In this document: piece after piece, positions 20,886 through 30,979 of the stretch
How positions within the stretch are numbered: the stretch's first letter is position 1
Layout of the letters: every line of letters begins with the position of its first letter
Source: Ignavibacteria bacterium
GTDB lineage: Bacteria > Bacteroidota > Ignavibacteria > Tepidaquicellales > OLB5
Length of the DNA: 64,000 nt
Direction: 5' to 3'
NCBI GenBank assembly: GCA_030835085.1
Contig: JAUQWQ010000034.1
Coordinates: 5,415 to 69,414, forward strand
Position numbers and translations under genes: made by a program
The notes under the pieces: model-generated
What the model was told of the DNA's origin: nothing
Database searches by the model: none
What the model saw: the letters and a program-made list of their open reading frames with translations, nothing else

Positions 20886-21252
20886 ATGTAGTTGATTTAT
20901 TGAACTATAAATTGATAAAGAGTATTAAAATCAAAATAAAATAAAATTGTATTATTATTAATATTGAAATTTTAAATCAAAAATAGCAAATTACATAATT
21001 AGTACAGCAAAACGATCTCATTTTATTGGATACTGAAGATTGTATTCAGTATCCAGGAGGAATAAAATGAACAATGCTTTCTATTGCTTTGGATAATTCC
21101 GGGTAATGTAAAGTAATTTTAATATTATTCAATATTAAATTGTTCAGGTTTTATTCCGTTTTTTTTTACCTGTAACTTTACATTCCCTTTCATGAATTAT
21201 CCGTGCATAAACCGAATCAATACATTTATAATTAAATCAGGAGATTTCTTAT

Positions 21253-23973
21253 ATGAAAAACTTTTCCAGAATACTGTTATTAGCAGTACTCGCGGTTTCA
21301 GCAAGTTTTATCGGCTGGAATAACTTTCAGACAGAAAGTAATTCAGCTAATGTGACAGACTACTATTATTATGAAGGTTCAAGGTATTACCTCGTTCATA
21401 AGCCTGAAATGGTTTATATCAAGCTTAAGAACCCGATGACCGAAGCAGATTTCAATAACGCCTTCGGCTCTATTGGTGTTTGCGATAACCGTATCCAGAA
21501 ATTCGCAAATAACGAAAAAGAGCAGTTCATAAAGCTTAACTTCGCTGTAAATAATGCAGCATTAAACAATATTGTAAACCAGTTAAGAACAAATCCGCTG
21601 GTAGAATACTCATCACCTGTTTTTGGTTTAAGGGAAGGAATGGGCAACGCGAATACTCTGCAGGGCTGCGAAAACAACATCTCAGCGCAGTTCAAACCGC
21701 AGTATTCAATGCAGCAGATACAGCAATACCTTAACAGCAAAGGAATGAAAATAATCAAACAGCTGGATGTAACCGGCGGTTTAACTTTCCAGATAGAAAT
21801 ACCTTCAGTTGAAAACACGAATTCAATGGATTTTTCAAACGAGGTCTGGTCCAGCGGTATGGTAAATTATTCAGGACCCGGATTCTGTTATACAAACCTG
21901 ATGCAGTTCATACCAAATGATCCTAACTTCCCGCAGCAGTGGTCAGCAATTAATACCGGAACAAATATCCCGGTTACCGGCAACGGTATTGCTGATTGTG
22001 ATATGGGACTTGATTCAGCATGGAACCAGACATTAGGTATTGCACAATGCCGCGTTCAGATAGTGGATTCAGGAATTGATACAACACACCCTGATCTTTC
22101 GGCTAATGTTGTACATGGATATAACTTTAATTATTATTCAAATACATACGGCGGATACGATGATTACGGTCATGGCGCATCAACATCAGGTATAGTTGCC
22201 GCAGTCGGAAATAACGGCATCGGTGTATCCGGCGTAGCTCCCGGCTCGAAAGTTTATTCAGCTAAAATATTTAACTCAGGCGGCTCAACAACAACAACAG
22301 CAATTCAGAACGCATTAATAGGTGCCAGAACTTTCGGTAATGCATGGATCTCAAGCAATTCCTGGGGCGGCGGATCACCTGACCCGACATCAAACAATGC
22401 TATCACTGATGGTGTTAACCTTGGCAGAAACGGTAAAGGAATAGTCTGGGTTTTTGCAACAGGAAACGGGAATTCTTCAGTAAGCTGGCCTGCAACCCAG
22501 CCTGAAGTAATTTCAGTTGGCGGCGTAAGTCCGTGCAACCAGAGAAAAGCACCATCGAGCTGTGACCTTGAAAACTGGTGGGGTTCAAACTACGGAACCG
22601 GGCTTGATATTGTAGCGCCATGCGTAAAGATATGGGCTACAGTACAGGGCGGCGGATATACAAATTCATTTAACGGAACATCTAGCGCTACTCCTAATAC
22701 ATCAGGTGTATGCGCATTACTGCTTTCCAAGGATTCAACACAAACATGGGATACAGTAAGAGCAAGAATTAACAGAACTGCAAAGAAGTACGGTTCTTAT
22801 TCTTATACTTCCGCAGGTCCCCTGCCGCAGCTTGGCAATACATGGAACAATGAAATGGGTTATGGAATTGTTGATGCGAACCTGGCGCTTCTGGCAGTTG
22901 GCCCGCCGGCTGCAAACGATGTTTCCGCAGGTCCGTTCTTAAGTTTCCCCGGAAGTTTTACGGTTAACACAGCCTATAATATAAGGGCAAGGATAACAAA
23001 CTTAGGTACTAACGCTCAGACAAACATTCCATGCAGATTCTTTGTAAATGGCACAATTACCGGTTCAACGGTTACAATTGCAAGCCTGCCGGCAGGCGGA
23101 AATGATTCAGTTACATTCGCATGGACACCAACAGTTACAGGAAGCTACACATTAAAAATAGCACACGGTCTTGCAGTTGATAACAACAGGTCAAATGATA
23201 CAGTTACAGCAGTTATAACTGTATTGCCTTCAGGTATAGTTAACTCACAAACTACTATTTGCAGGAACAATGTAAATCTGGTGATCCCTGATAATTCAAC
23301 AGTGACAGATAACATGACAGTGAATATTACAAACGCGTTTAATGTTGTTGATGTAAATGTCAGGATAGATACACTTATTCATACTTGGGATTCAGATCTT
23401 TCGCTCTCGTTAATAAAAGGAGCTACAAATGTAAATATTATTTCGGCCGTAGGCGGCAGCGGAGATAATTTCATAGGAACAGTGCTTAACGACTCCGCAA
23501 CAACTCCGATAGCAAGCGGAACTGCACCATTTACCGGAAACTTCAGGCCAACATCAGCGTTAACTCCGTTTAACGGCATTTCAGTAAACGGTACATGGAC
23601 ACTTTCAATTACCGATAACGCAACAGGAGATACCGGTCTGCTTAAGGCATGGTGCCTGCAGTTAACGTACCAGACAATAACAGGCGGCATAGAAACTGTT
23701 GAGGTCCCGAATTATTACTCACTTGAACAAAATTATCCTAATCCGTTCAATCCTTCAACCTCAATTAAGTTTTCAATTCCCAAGGCATCAAATGTTACAC
23801 TGAAAATTTATGATGTATTAGGCAAGGAAGTTGCTGTACTTGTAAATGAAGTGAAACAGCCCGGTTTCCACTCAGCTGATTTCAATGCTTCAAACTTAGC
23901 AAGCGGAATTTACTTCTACAGAATTGATGCAGGTGAGTTCACTTCAGTAAAAAGAATGGTGCTTGTGAAATAG
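21253..23973 (+). CDS. S8 serine peptidase + CARDB + P-domain + T9SS CTD (paralogue 2)
   Basis: IVDSG, HGASTSG, GTSSATP; same architecture as 18101-20824; SD CAGGAG. Confidence 0.93.
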   Translation: MKNFSRILLLAVLAVSASFIGWNNFQTESNSANVTDYYYYEGSRYYLVHKPEMVYIKLKNPMTEADFNNAFGSIGVCDNRIQKFANNEKEQFIKLNFAVNNAALNNIVNQLRTNPLVEYSSPVFGLREGMGNANTLQGCENNISAQFKPQYSMQQIQQYLNSKGMKIIKQLDVTGGLTFQIEIPSVENTNSMDFSNEVWSSGMVNYSGPGFCYTNLMQFIPNDPNFPQQWSAINTGTNIPVTGNGIADCDMGLDSAWNQTLGIAQCRVQIVDSGIDTTHPDLSANVVHGYNFNYYSNTYGGYDDYGHGASTSGIVAAVGNNGIGVSGVAPGSKVYSAKIFNSGGSTTTTAIQNALIGARTFGNAWISSNSWGGGSPDPTSNNAITDGVNLGRNGKGIVWVFATGNGNSSVSWPATQPEVISVGGVSPCNQRKAPSSCDLENWWGSNYGTGLDIVAPCVKIWATVQGGGYTNSFNGTSSATPNTSGVCALLLSKDSTQTWDTVRARINRTAKKYGSYSYTSAGPLPQLGNTWNNEMGYGIVDANLALLAVGPPAANDVSAGPFLSFPGSFTVNTAYNIRARITNLGTNAQTNIPCRFFVNGTITGSTVTIASLPAGGNDSVTFAWTPTVTGSYTLKIAHGLAVDNNRSNDTVTAVITVLPSGIVNSQTTICRNNVNLVIPDNSTVTDNMTVNITNAFNVVDVNVRIDTLIHTWDSDLSLSLIKGATNVNIISAVGGSGDNFIGTVLNDSATTPIASGTAPFTGNFRPTSALTPFNGISVNGTWTLSITDNATGDTGLLKAWCLQLTYQTITGGIETVEVPNYYSLEQNYPNPFNPSTSIKFSIPKASNVTLKIYDVLGKEVAVLVNEVKQPGFHSADFNASNLASGIYFYRIDAGEFTSVKRMVLVK

Positions 23974-24010
23974 TATTTGGCTTCAAATATATGTAATATT
24001 ACCCCGAATC

Positions 24011-24041
24011 AAGGGCGCTGAATTTAGCGCCCTTTAATTTT
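24011..24041 (+). terminator. Intrinsic terminator after S8 paralogue 2
   Basis: aagggcgct/agcgccctt stem followed by an imperfect T-tract. Confidence 0.7.
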
Positions 24042-24198
24042 ACAGGATATATTTTAAAAATAATTTCTTCGCAGATTATTAAAATTTCAGGGTACTATTT
24101 TTTTTACTGTTTACTATACATGAAAAGGAATATAATTAATTAAGAAATATCATTAACTTAATTTATATTTATTTGCACTTTTGAAAAGTTACTGATAA

Positions 24199-26016
24199 TT
24201 GAAAAAAACTGACCGCAATCCTCAAAAAACATTTAACAAAACTGTAAAACATTCTGCTGCAGCAAAACCTGATAACAAATATGTTCTTTGGGGAATGTTC
24301 ATAGTATATCTCATTTGTGTTTTTTCCATTTCCACTCATAAACTTGAAGATGATGATTTTTTCTGGCATTTATCTACCGGTAAATTCATAACTGATAACG
24401 GCTTTATTCCCGATAAAGACGTTTTCGGTTTGGCAACACAGGATGCTGAATGGATACCGTTTGAATGGGGCTTTGATGTTATTTTTTACAACCTTCATAA
24501 AATTGCAGGATTGAATGGAATTTTCGTTTTCACATCAGCCCTGTTCTGCTTATTTTTCATGATATATATCAGGCTCCTTCAAAAACTGAAAGTTAATTCT
24601 GTAATATCAGTAATGCTTTTATTCATTCTGCTGATTGCATTATTTGACAGACTCTCGCCCAGGCCCCATTTATTTACATACTTATTTCTGGCTGTTCTTG
24701 TTTATTTATTGTTTACATATAAATATATCAACAGGCAGAAATATTTCAACAGGCTGTATTTTATTCCTTTGTTATTTCTTCTTTGGGGTAACCTTCATTT
24801 AGGCGCTTTAACCGGCTTACTTCTGCTTGCATTGTTCATTATTTCAGAAGCTCTTTCATTTTATTATCCTCATAGATCCGGAAGTAAAGATGTTTCAGCA
24901 ATTACAGGAAATCAGCTGAAGAAATTTATTCTTATCTTTATCAGCTCTGCTGCTGTGCTGCTGGTTAACCCGCACGGAATAAGGACATATACGTATGCTT
25001 ACAGCCATTCAAAAATGAAAATGCTTGAACAGATAGCTGAATGGGTGAGTCCGTTTAACGGGCAGATTGAATCAACTTTTGTGTTAACTATCTACAAAAT
25101 TTTGTTATTCGCTGGTTTGATCGTACTGATATATTCATACAAAAAACGAGACTTCGCATTTTCTCTTATATGCCTGGTTTTTGCGGTTTATTCACTTCAG
25201 GCAATAAGATTTATAGTAGATTATGAAATTGTGATAATTCCAATGCTTGCCATAAGTTTGAACTACCTCCTTCTCAACAATAAAAGCGGTAAATCATCAG
25301 CCATATTGAGCAGGGTCCTGAACGGTAACGCAATAAAAGCGGCATTAATAATTGTTTTGCTGTATCTTGCGGTTCAATTTCAGTCAGATAGTTTTTATAT
25401 AACTCTGCAGTATAACCGCGAAGCCGGCCTGGGTGTAAGCAACAGGTACTTTCCGCAGGGTTTATATAATTTTATGGTAGAAAATAATATCAAGGGGACA
25501 CCTTTCAATAATTTTGATACCGGCGGGTTTTACAAATGGCTTTTTCCAGATCAAAAAATATTTATCGATAGCAGGAACATAAATGATGAGATATTCAATG
25601 AATATTATTCAATTCTGAAAATGCAGCCGGGGTTCAGGGATAAGCTTGATAAATACGGGATTGATATTGTTATCTTCTTCGAGCCAAAACTCAGCCGTTA
25701 CCCGGAAATTATGAAGCAGCAGGTAACTGAATTTTTGCTGAATAACAGAGACTGGGCATTAATTTACTGGGATGACCTTTCAATGTTATTTGCCAGGAAT
25801 ACTCCCCAAAATGCAGAGCTAATTTCGAAGTTTGAATACAAAGTATTTAACCCATATACAGCGGTTTTCAATCAAAAACAATTTGAAGCAAATTTGGGTA
25901 ATTATCCTATGGCATTGGAAAATGAAATGAAAAGAAAGTCAGCAGCAGAACCGCAAGGTTATTTTTATCTGGGCATGAGTGATATTATGAGAAAAGTGAT
26001 GAACAACAGGAAATAG
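24199..26016 (+). CDS. Polytopic membrane protein, probable GT-C-fold glycosyltransferase-like
   Basis: About 11-12 TM segments, acidic EDDDFFWHL in the first outer loop, RPHLF and WGNLH motifs, C-terminal soluble domain FNNFDTGGF...FIDSR; TTG start. Confidence 0.55.
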   Translation: MKKTDRNPQKTFNKTVKHSAAAKPDNKYVLWGMFIVYLICVFSISTHKLEDDDFFWHLSTGKFITDNGFIPDKDVFGLATQDAEWIPFEWGFDVIFYNLHKIAGLNGIFVFTSALFCLFFMIYIRLLQKLKVNSVISVMLLFILLIALFDRLSPRPHLFTYLFLAVLVYLLFTYKYINRQKYFNRLYFIPLLFLLWGNLHLGALTGLLLLALFIISEALSFYYPHRSGSKDVSAITGNQLKKFILIFISSAAVLLVNPHGIRTYTYAYSHSKMKMLEQIAEWVSPFNGQIESTFVLTIYKILLFAGLIVLIYSYKKRDFAFSLICLVFAVYSLQAIRFIVDYEIVIIPMLAISLNYLLLNNKSGKSSAILSRVLNGNAIKAALIIVLLYLAVQFQSDSFYITLQYNREAGLGVSNRYFPQGLYNFMVENNIKGTPFNNFDTGGFYKWLFPDQKIFIDSRNINDEIFNEYYSILKMQPGFRDKLDKYGIDIVIFFEPKLSRYPEIMKQQVTEFLLNNRDWALIYWDDLSMLFARNTPQNAELISKFEYKVFNPYTAVFNQKQFEANLGNYPMALENEMKRKSAAEPQGYFYLGMSDIMRKVMNNRK

Positions 26017-26031
26017 AAAAAGGTTAAAAGA

Positions 26032-27327
26032 TTATTTTATCAGAACCATTTTCCTGCTCAATATTCTTCCGCTGAAATTCAGTGAATAAAAATAAACGCC
26101 GGATGGCATTTCATTTAGATTTAAAGATAGACTGTATTTTCCGGCGGTCCTGAAACCTAAATCAAAACTTCTAACTTCTTTTCCGCTTGTATCAAATATT
26201 TTTATTCCAACAGTTGAAGGGTCTGTAATATAGTACTCTATTACAGTTTCCGGGTTAAACGGGTTAGGATAGTTCTGGTACAGAGTACTTTGCGCGGGAA
26301 TGGTATTGTTATTACTCTGAAGCCCGATAACATTTTCGTTATACTTAAATATCTTTCCGCCTTCACCAAAAGCGTACCCGCGGCTTGAAGATAAAAATAT
26401 TACATCGTTAACTGCAATATTTCCGGGTGTTTCAAAACACTGCCATGTTGTGCCGGGTTTCATTGAATCGAGATTTACTGCAAACTTTCCTGAAAAGCTA
26501 AGCGCTGCCCAAACTTCCCCGGGATTCCTGAATGAAAATCCAGTTGCGTTACCATAACATCCGGTTTGTTCATAAACCCAGTTTGAGCCGCCGTTTGAAG
26601 ATACTGCAAGGATACTGCCAAGATCATAGTCTCCGCCCATTATTGCCAGCCTGTTATTGCCTAAATACGTTATTTTGTTTAGCGGTTCTGCAGCAACACA
26701 CATAGAAAACCAGCTGTTTCCGCCATTAGTAGTTTTAACAAAAATACCCTGCAGGTCAAGCACGCCTCCGCAAGCATAACCTGTAAGGTCGTTTATAAAA
26801 TAAATGTCATTTTTAGGAAACAGGTACAAACAACTTGTAGTATCAATATAACAATTTTCCCACCTGTTGCCGGAATCTGTAGTTCTGTAAATATTGCCGC
26901 TAAAGCCTGAAACAAATCCCGTTTGGGAATTCAGGAAATAAATTGTTTTAAGTATCGTGGTCGTATCGGGGTAATATGTTTTGACCCAGGATAAACCGGC
27001 ATTTGTTGTTTTTATATAGAAGCTTTTATAAGTAGAATCGTATGATAGTATCCAGCCAGTTGTCCTGGAAATAAATGTAATATCCTGAAGTTCAGAGCTA
27101 TAGAGATTGCTGGTCTGTATGCTCCAGTTGGTTCCGCCGTTTGTAGTATTAATAATTGTACCTGAATCTCCTATTACCCATCCGTAAAGTGAATCCACAA
27201 AAAGACTTTTAGTTAAGTTCTTTTGAGTTGGGGAGGGATAACTAAGCCAATACTCTTGCCCCAAACAGCTGCCTGTTACAAAAGTTGAAAAATACAGGAA
27301 AAACAGTGTCTTTTTTGCTATCCGCAT
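26032..27327 (-). CDS. YCF48-like Asp-box beta-propeller with T9SS CTD
   Basis: TTNGGTNW, TTNAGLSW, TTDSGNRW, TTNGGNSW, SSNGGSNW repeats; QNYPNPFNP. Start re-placed at MRIAKK (27327), which gives a signal peptide. Confidence 0.85.
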   Translation of the reverse strand: MRIAKKTLFFLYFSTFVTGSCLGQEYWLSYPSPTQKNLTKSLFVDSLYGWVIGDSGTIINTTNGGTNWSIQTSNLYSSELQDITFISRTTGWILSYDSTYKSFYIKTTNAGLSWVKTYYPDTTTILKTIYFLNSQTGFVSGFSGNIYRTTDSGNRWENCYIDTTSCLYLFPKNDIYFINDLTGYACGGVLDLQGIFVKTTNGGNSWFSMCVAAEPLNKITYLGNNRLAIMGGDYDLGSILAVSSNGGSNWVYEQTGCYGNATGFSFRNPGEVWAALSFSGKFAVNLDSMKPGTTWQCFETPGNIAVNDVIFLSSSRGYAFGEGGKIFKYNENVIGLQSNNNTIPAQSTLYQNYPNPFNPETVIEYYITDPSTVGIKIFDTSGKEVRSFDLGFRTAGKYSLSLNLNEMPSGVYFYSLNFSGRILSRKMVLIK

Positions 27328-27574
27328 ACTGCAAAATAACCAAAAATTTAAAAATAATAGGTTACAAAACGGTGTAAACTTGTAGATAAATTTATCCGCG
27401 GGTTTTAGTTCATTATATATACTACCGAAAATTAAATAAGGGATTTTCCTAGAAAAATATAAAAAATAAACTTGCTTTTTTGGAATTATTAGCTTAAAAT
27501 GCAAGATAATAAATCACTTTTTAATAAACCAAACTTAAATCATTTGGGTGTAATAAATTTATACCCAGGAGGAA

Positions 27575-30094
27575 ATGATGAAATTAAAATCAACACTTTT
27601 CATGGTGTGTGCATTGTTATTTACAGGCAATGTATTTACACAGGATGTGCCTGATTACGTATGGAAAACACCTATGACGAAAGTCTACCCAACAGGTGAA
27701 TACTATAACTTACCACAGGCTCAGGATCAGGTTAATTACCAGAATCCAAACACTACTACCAGAGTAGTTAACACCGGTTCAGAACTTTTAGTTCTTCCGC
27801 CGAATGTAAGACCTTTTCCGCACACAGCAACACAGAGTGAAATAGATGCAACAAACATGAAGGGCAATGGCTCAATAATGTTCGCATCATGGAACTCATA
27901 TGGTCCCTCATTCTGGGGAACAGGTTTTTGTTATTCAAATAACGGCGGTACATCCTGGACAGGTAACTTCCAGATGTATACACCGAACAGCGGTGATCCG
28001 GGTGCGATAATATGGCCAACAGGCAGCACATGGTCAGGCAGACTTGGACTCTCATGTATCCAGGGCTTTGGTCACTCAGATAACGGCGGTACAAGCTGGA
28101 CATTTGACCAGAATTTCCCCGGTGCATCAAGCTTCGATAAGAATTTTTCAGCAGTTGATGACGTAACAGGCAGCCCATTCTTCGGAAGAGCTTATACTGT
28201 TTGGACAAACTTTGGCGGAACATATGTTAACCGTATAGTAGGTTCATATTCAACCAATGGCGGTGCAACCTGGTCAACAGCAGCTCCGGTATCACCGGTT
28301 CCTGCTTCAGGTCACCATCAGCAGGGATGCGATGTCAGAGTTGGACCCGGCGGCGCAGTTTATGTAATCTGGGCTCATTGCACAACAAATGGTCAGAACT
28401 CAACAGAAGACCATTTAGGTTATGCAGTATCTACAGATGGCGGCGTTACATGGCCAACAGCTACAAATACAGCAGTTGATATTAACGGTATCCGTGCTTC
28501 AAATTTATTTAACGGTATCCGTGCTTCAGGATTCCCGCGTTTAGCTATTGATATGACAGGCGGCGCAAGAAACGGCTGGTTATATGCAGTTCTTTCAGAA
28601 AAAGCAGGCGGCCCGCTCACATTAGATGTATCTGACGTTACTATTTGCGTATCATCAAACGGCGGATCAAGCTGGTCACATTCAAAAGTTAACCAGGATC
28701 CAAGCAACGGCAGATATAACTATATGCCTGCAGTTTGCGTTACACCCGATGGCGGTGTAAACGTTTCTTATTACGATCAGAGAAATACAACAGGATTTGT
28801 AACAGAATTCTGGATGTCACGTTCATTAAACGGCGGTTCTACATGGACAGACGTTGCAGTAAGTGACCATACTTTCACACCTGCTCCAATTCCGGGTCTT
28901 GCCGGCGGTTACCAGGGTGACTATACCGGTATCACTTCATCATCCGGTTCCGGAAAAATTTTCCCATTCTGGGCTGATAACTCATCAGGTGTTTATCAGG
29001 CATGGACAGTTGGTATCACATACGGTCCTCCTCCTGCAAACGATGTTGTAGTTGGTCCGTTCTTAAGCTTCCCCGGTTCATTTACAGTTAACCAGGCCCG
29101 TACAATCAGAGGCAAGGTTACAAACGGCGGAACAAACGCACAGACAAACTTACCTATCAGATTCTCTGTTAATGGTACAATTCAGACAACAAACACTATC
29201 ACAAATCTTCCTGCTGGCGGAGTTGATTCATCATCATTTACATGGACACCAACAGTGGTAGGAAATTATACATTAAAGATATTCAGCGGTGCAGCTACAG
29301 ACGAGAACAGGGCTAATGATACTATCACACAGGTAGTCACCGTTCAGCCTGCAGGTCTCACTAATTCATACACACAGATCTGCAAAAATAATGTTAACCT
29401 TTTAATTCCTGATAATTCAACCGTATCAGATAATATGGTTGTAAATATTCCAAACGGGTACAATGTTGTTGATGTAAACGTTAAGATAGATACTTTAATC
29501 CACACATGGGATTCTGATCTTAGCTTTACTTTAATAAGAGGTGCAGGAAGTGTTAATATTATTAGTGCAGTTGGCGGAAGCGGAGATAACTTTATTGGTA
29601 CAGTTCTCAACGATTCAGCTACAACACCGATTGCTTCAGGTACAGCTCCTTTCACAGGAAACTATATTCCTTCATCACCGCTTTCAGCTATCAATGGTCA
29701 GCCCGTAAACGGTACATGGACTCTTCAGATATCTGATAATGCAACAGGTGATACCGGTTTGCTTAAAGCATGGTGCCTGCAGCTTACATACCAGTCACTT
29801 ATCGGCGGAATTCAGACAATTGAAATTCCTAACTATTTCTCACTGGCGCAGAACTATCCTAATCCGTTCAACCCAACAACTTCAATCAAATATTCAGTTC
29901 CAACAGCTGTTAATGTTTCATTGAAGGTTTATGACTTACTGGGTAAAGAAGTTGCTACACTTGTAAACGAAATGAAACAGCCTGGTTTCCATACAGCTGA
30001 TTTCAATGCTTCAAATCTCGCAAGTGGTATTTACTTCTACAGAATTGATGCAGGTGAATTCACATCAGTTAAGAAAATGATGTTAGTAAAATAA
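27575..30094 (+). CDS. Asp-box (BNR, sialidase-like) beta-propeller + CARDB + P-domain + T9SS CTD
   Basis: Six Asp boxes (SNNGGTSW, SDNGGTSW, STNGGATW, STDGGVTW, SSNGGSSW, SLNGGSTW), YQGDY motif; C-terminal ~350 aa homologous to the S8 paralogues; SD CAGGAGG. Confidence 0.88.
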   Translation: MMKLKSTLFMVCALLFTGNVFTQDVPDYVWKTPMTKVYPTGEYYNLPQAQDQVNYQNPNTTTRVVNTGSELLVLPPNVRPFPHTATQSEIDATNMKGNGSIMFASWNSYGPSFWGTGFCYSNNGGTSWTGNFQMYTPNSGDPGAIIWPTGSTWSGRLGLSCIQGFGHSDNGGTSWTFDQNFPGASSFDKNFSAVDDVTGSPFFGRAYTVWTNFGGTYVNRIVGSYSTNGGATWSTAAPVSPVPASGHHQQGCDVRVGPGGAVYVIWAHCTTNGQNSTEDHLGYAVSTDGGVTWPTATNTAVDINGIRASNLFNGIRASGFPRLAIDMTGGARNGWLYAVLSEKAGGPLTLDVSDVTICVSSNGGSSWSHSKVNQDPSNGRYNYMPAVCVTPDGGVNVSYYDQRNTTGFVTEFWMSRSLNGGSTWTDVAVSDHTFTPAPIPGLAGGYQGDYTGITSSSGSGKIFPFWADNSSGVYQAWTVGITYGPPPANDVVVGPFLSFPGSFTVNQARTIRGKVTNGGTNAQTNLPIRFSVNGTIQTTNTITNLPAGGVDSSSFTWTPTVVGNYTLKIFSGAATDENRANDTITQVVTVQPAGLTNSYTQICKNNVNLLIPDNSTVSDNMVVNIPNGYNVVDVNVKIDTLIHTWDSDLSFTLIRGAGSVNIISAVGGSGDNFIGTVLNDSATTPIASGTAPFTGNYIPSSPLSAINGQPVNGTWTLQISDNATGDTGLLKAWCLQLTYQSLIGGIQTIEIPNYFSLAQNYPNPFNPTTSIKYSVPTAVNVSLKVYDLLGKEVATLVNEMKQPGFHTADFNASNLASGIYFYRIDAGEFTSVKKMMLVK

Positions 30095-30112
30095 CAATCA
30101 GTTTTAAAAAAT

Positions 30113-30147
30113 AAAAAAGGGACTCATGAAAATGAGTCCCTTTTTTT
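30113..30147. terminator. Bidirectional intrinsic terminator between convergent genes
   Basis: A6-gggactcat-gaaa-atgagtccc-T7. Confidence 0.9.
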
Positions 30148-30198
30148 ATGTCCTTAACGTATTTACATATCAGGATCTTTATACTTGCATTAAAATAT

Positions 30199-30894
30199 CT
30201 ATTTCATGATCTTCTTAAGTACATGCATATCTTCTGCCGAAGTTATTTTAATATTATACCTGTTTCCTTCTGTCACTCTCACCTCATATCCTGCAAATTC
30301 CGCTAAAGAGGATTCATCAGTAAAATCAGTTCTGCTGCCCGCAATTATATAAGACCTGCTCAAAACATCGTATCTGAATGCCTGCGGCGTCTGTACCAGC
30401 CAGAGATCATTGCGGTCAACGGTATCTTTAATAATACTCCCCGATATCCTTTTAACCGTATCTGACACTCTGACACCAAGTATTACCTCGCCGTACTTCT
30501 GTGATGCACTGATAAGCGAACCAATATCTTCCTTAGTAACATTCGGTCGTGCCGCGTCATGTATAAGTATGATATCATCAACATCACAATTCACCTGTTC
30601 AAAGGCATTTCGCACGGATTCAAATCTTGTTTTGCCGCCTTCAACAAGCGCTTTTAACTTTGTAATTTTATTTTTAGCTGCCACCTGGTGAAGAAGATTA
30701 AAATATTCCTTTGAAGCGGAAATATAAATGCTTTTAACCTCTTTACACTTCTGGAATTTCAGCATTGAGTGCAGAATTACAGGTTTACCGTGCAAGCTCA
30801 TAAACTGTTTTGGTTTTAAGCTGCTTCTGGAACTCTTATTAAACCTTGAACCTGTTCCTCCTGCGGTAATTATTACGTGAACATCGATTTTCAT
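30199..30894 (-). CDS. ispD: 2-C-methyl-D-erythritol 4-phosphate cytidylyltransferase
   Basis: AGGTGSRF, PKQF, GGKTRFESV, IHDAARP, VQTPQAF, FTDESS, NIKITSAED. Confidence 0.95.
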   Translation of the reverse strand: MKIDVHVIITAGGTGSRFNKSSRSSLKPKQFMSLHGKPVILHSMLKFQKCKEVKSIYISASKEYFNLLHQVAAKNKITKLKALVEGGKTRFESVRNAFEQVNCDVDDIILIHDAARPNVTKEDIGSLISASQKYGEVILGVRVSDTVKRISGSIIKDTVDRNDLWLVQTPQAFRYDVLSRSYIIAGSRTDFTDESSLAEFAGYEVRVTEGNRYNIKITSAEDMHVLKKIMK

Positions 30895-30902
30895 TTTCAG
30901 GC

Positions 30903-30938
30903 AAATAAAATACCCCGATGAACTGAGATCGGGGTATT
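30903..30938 (-). terminator. Terminator-like hairpin after queA
   Basis: 11-bp stem aataccccgat/atcggggtatt (30909-30938), T-rich tail on the minus strand. Confidence 0.65.
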
Positions 30939-30979
30939 ATTTAATAACAGTAACAATTATATATTTTAATTTATATTAA

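Noticed and set aside
20980-21060. c-di-GMP-I riboswitch (gcaaa words upstream of S8-2)
   Set aside because: The GNRA loop/receptor and the second GCAAA stem geometry are absent.
27328-27504. Extended N-termini in the ORF track (27504, also 47592, 56898, 58975)
   Set aside because: Downstream ATGs give proper signal peptides or family-typical N-termini; the extensions are AT-rich intergenic sequence.
18101-30094. Diversity-generating retroelement (TR/VR pair) among the similar C-termini
   Set aside because: Differences are mostly synonymous and involve all four bases, not adenine-specific; no reverse transcriptase in the window.
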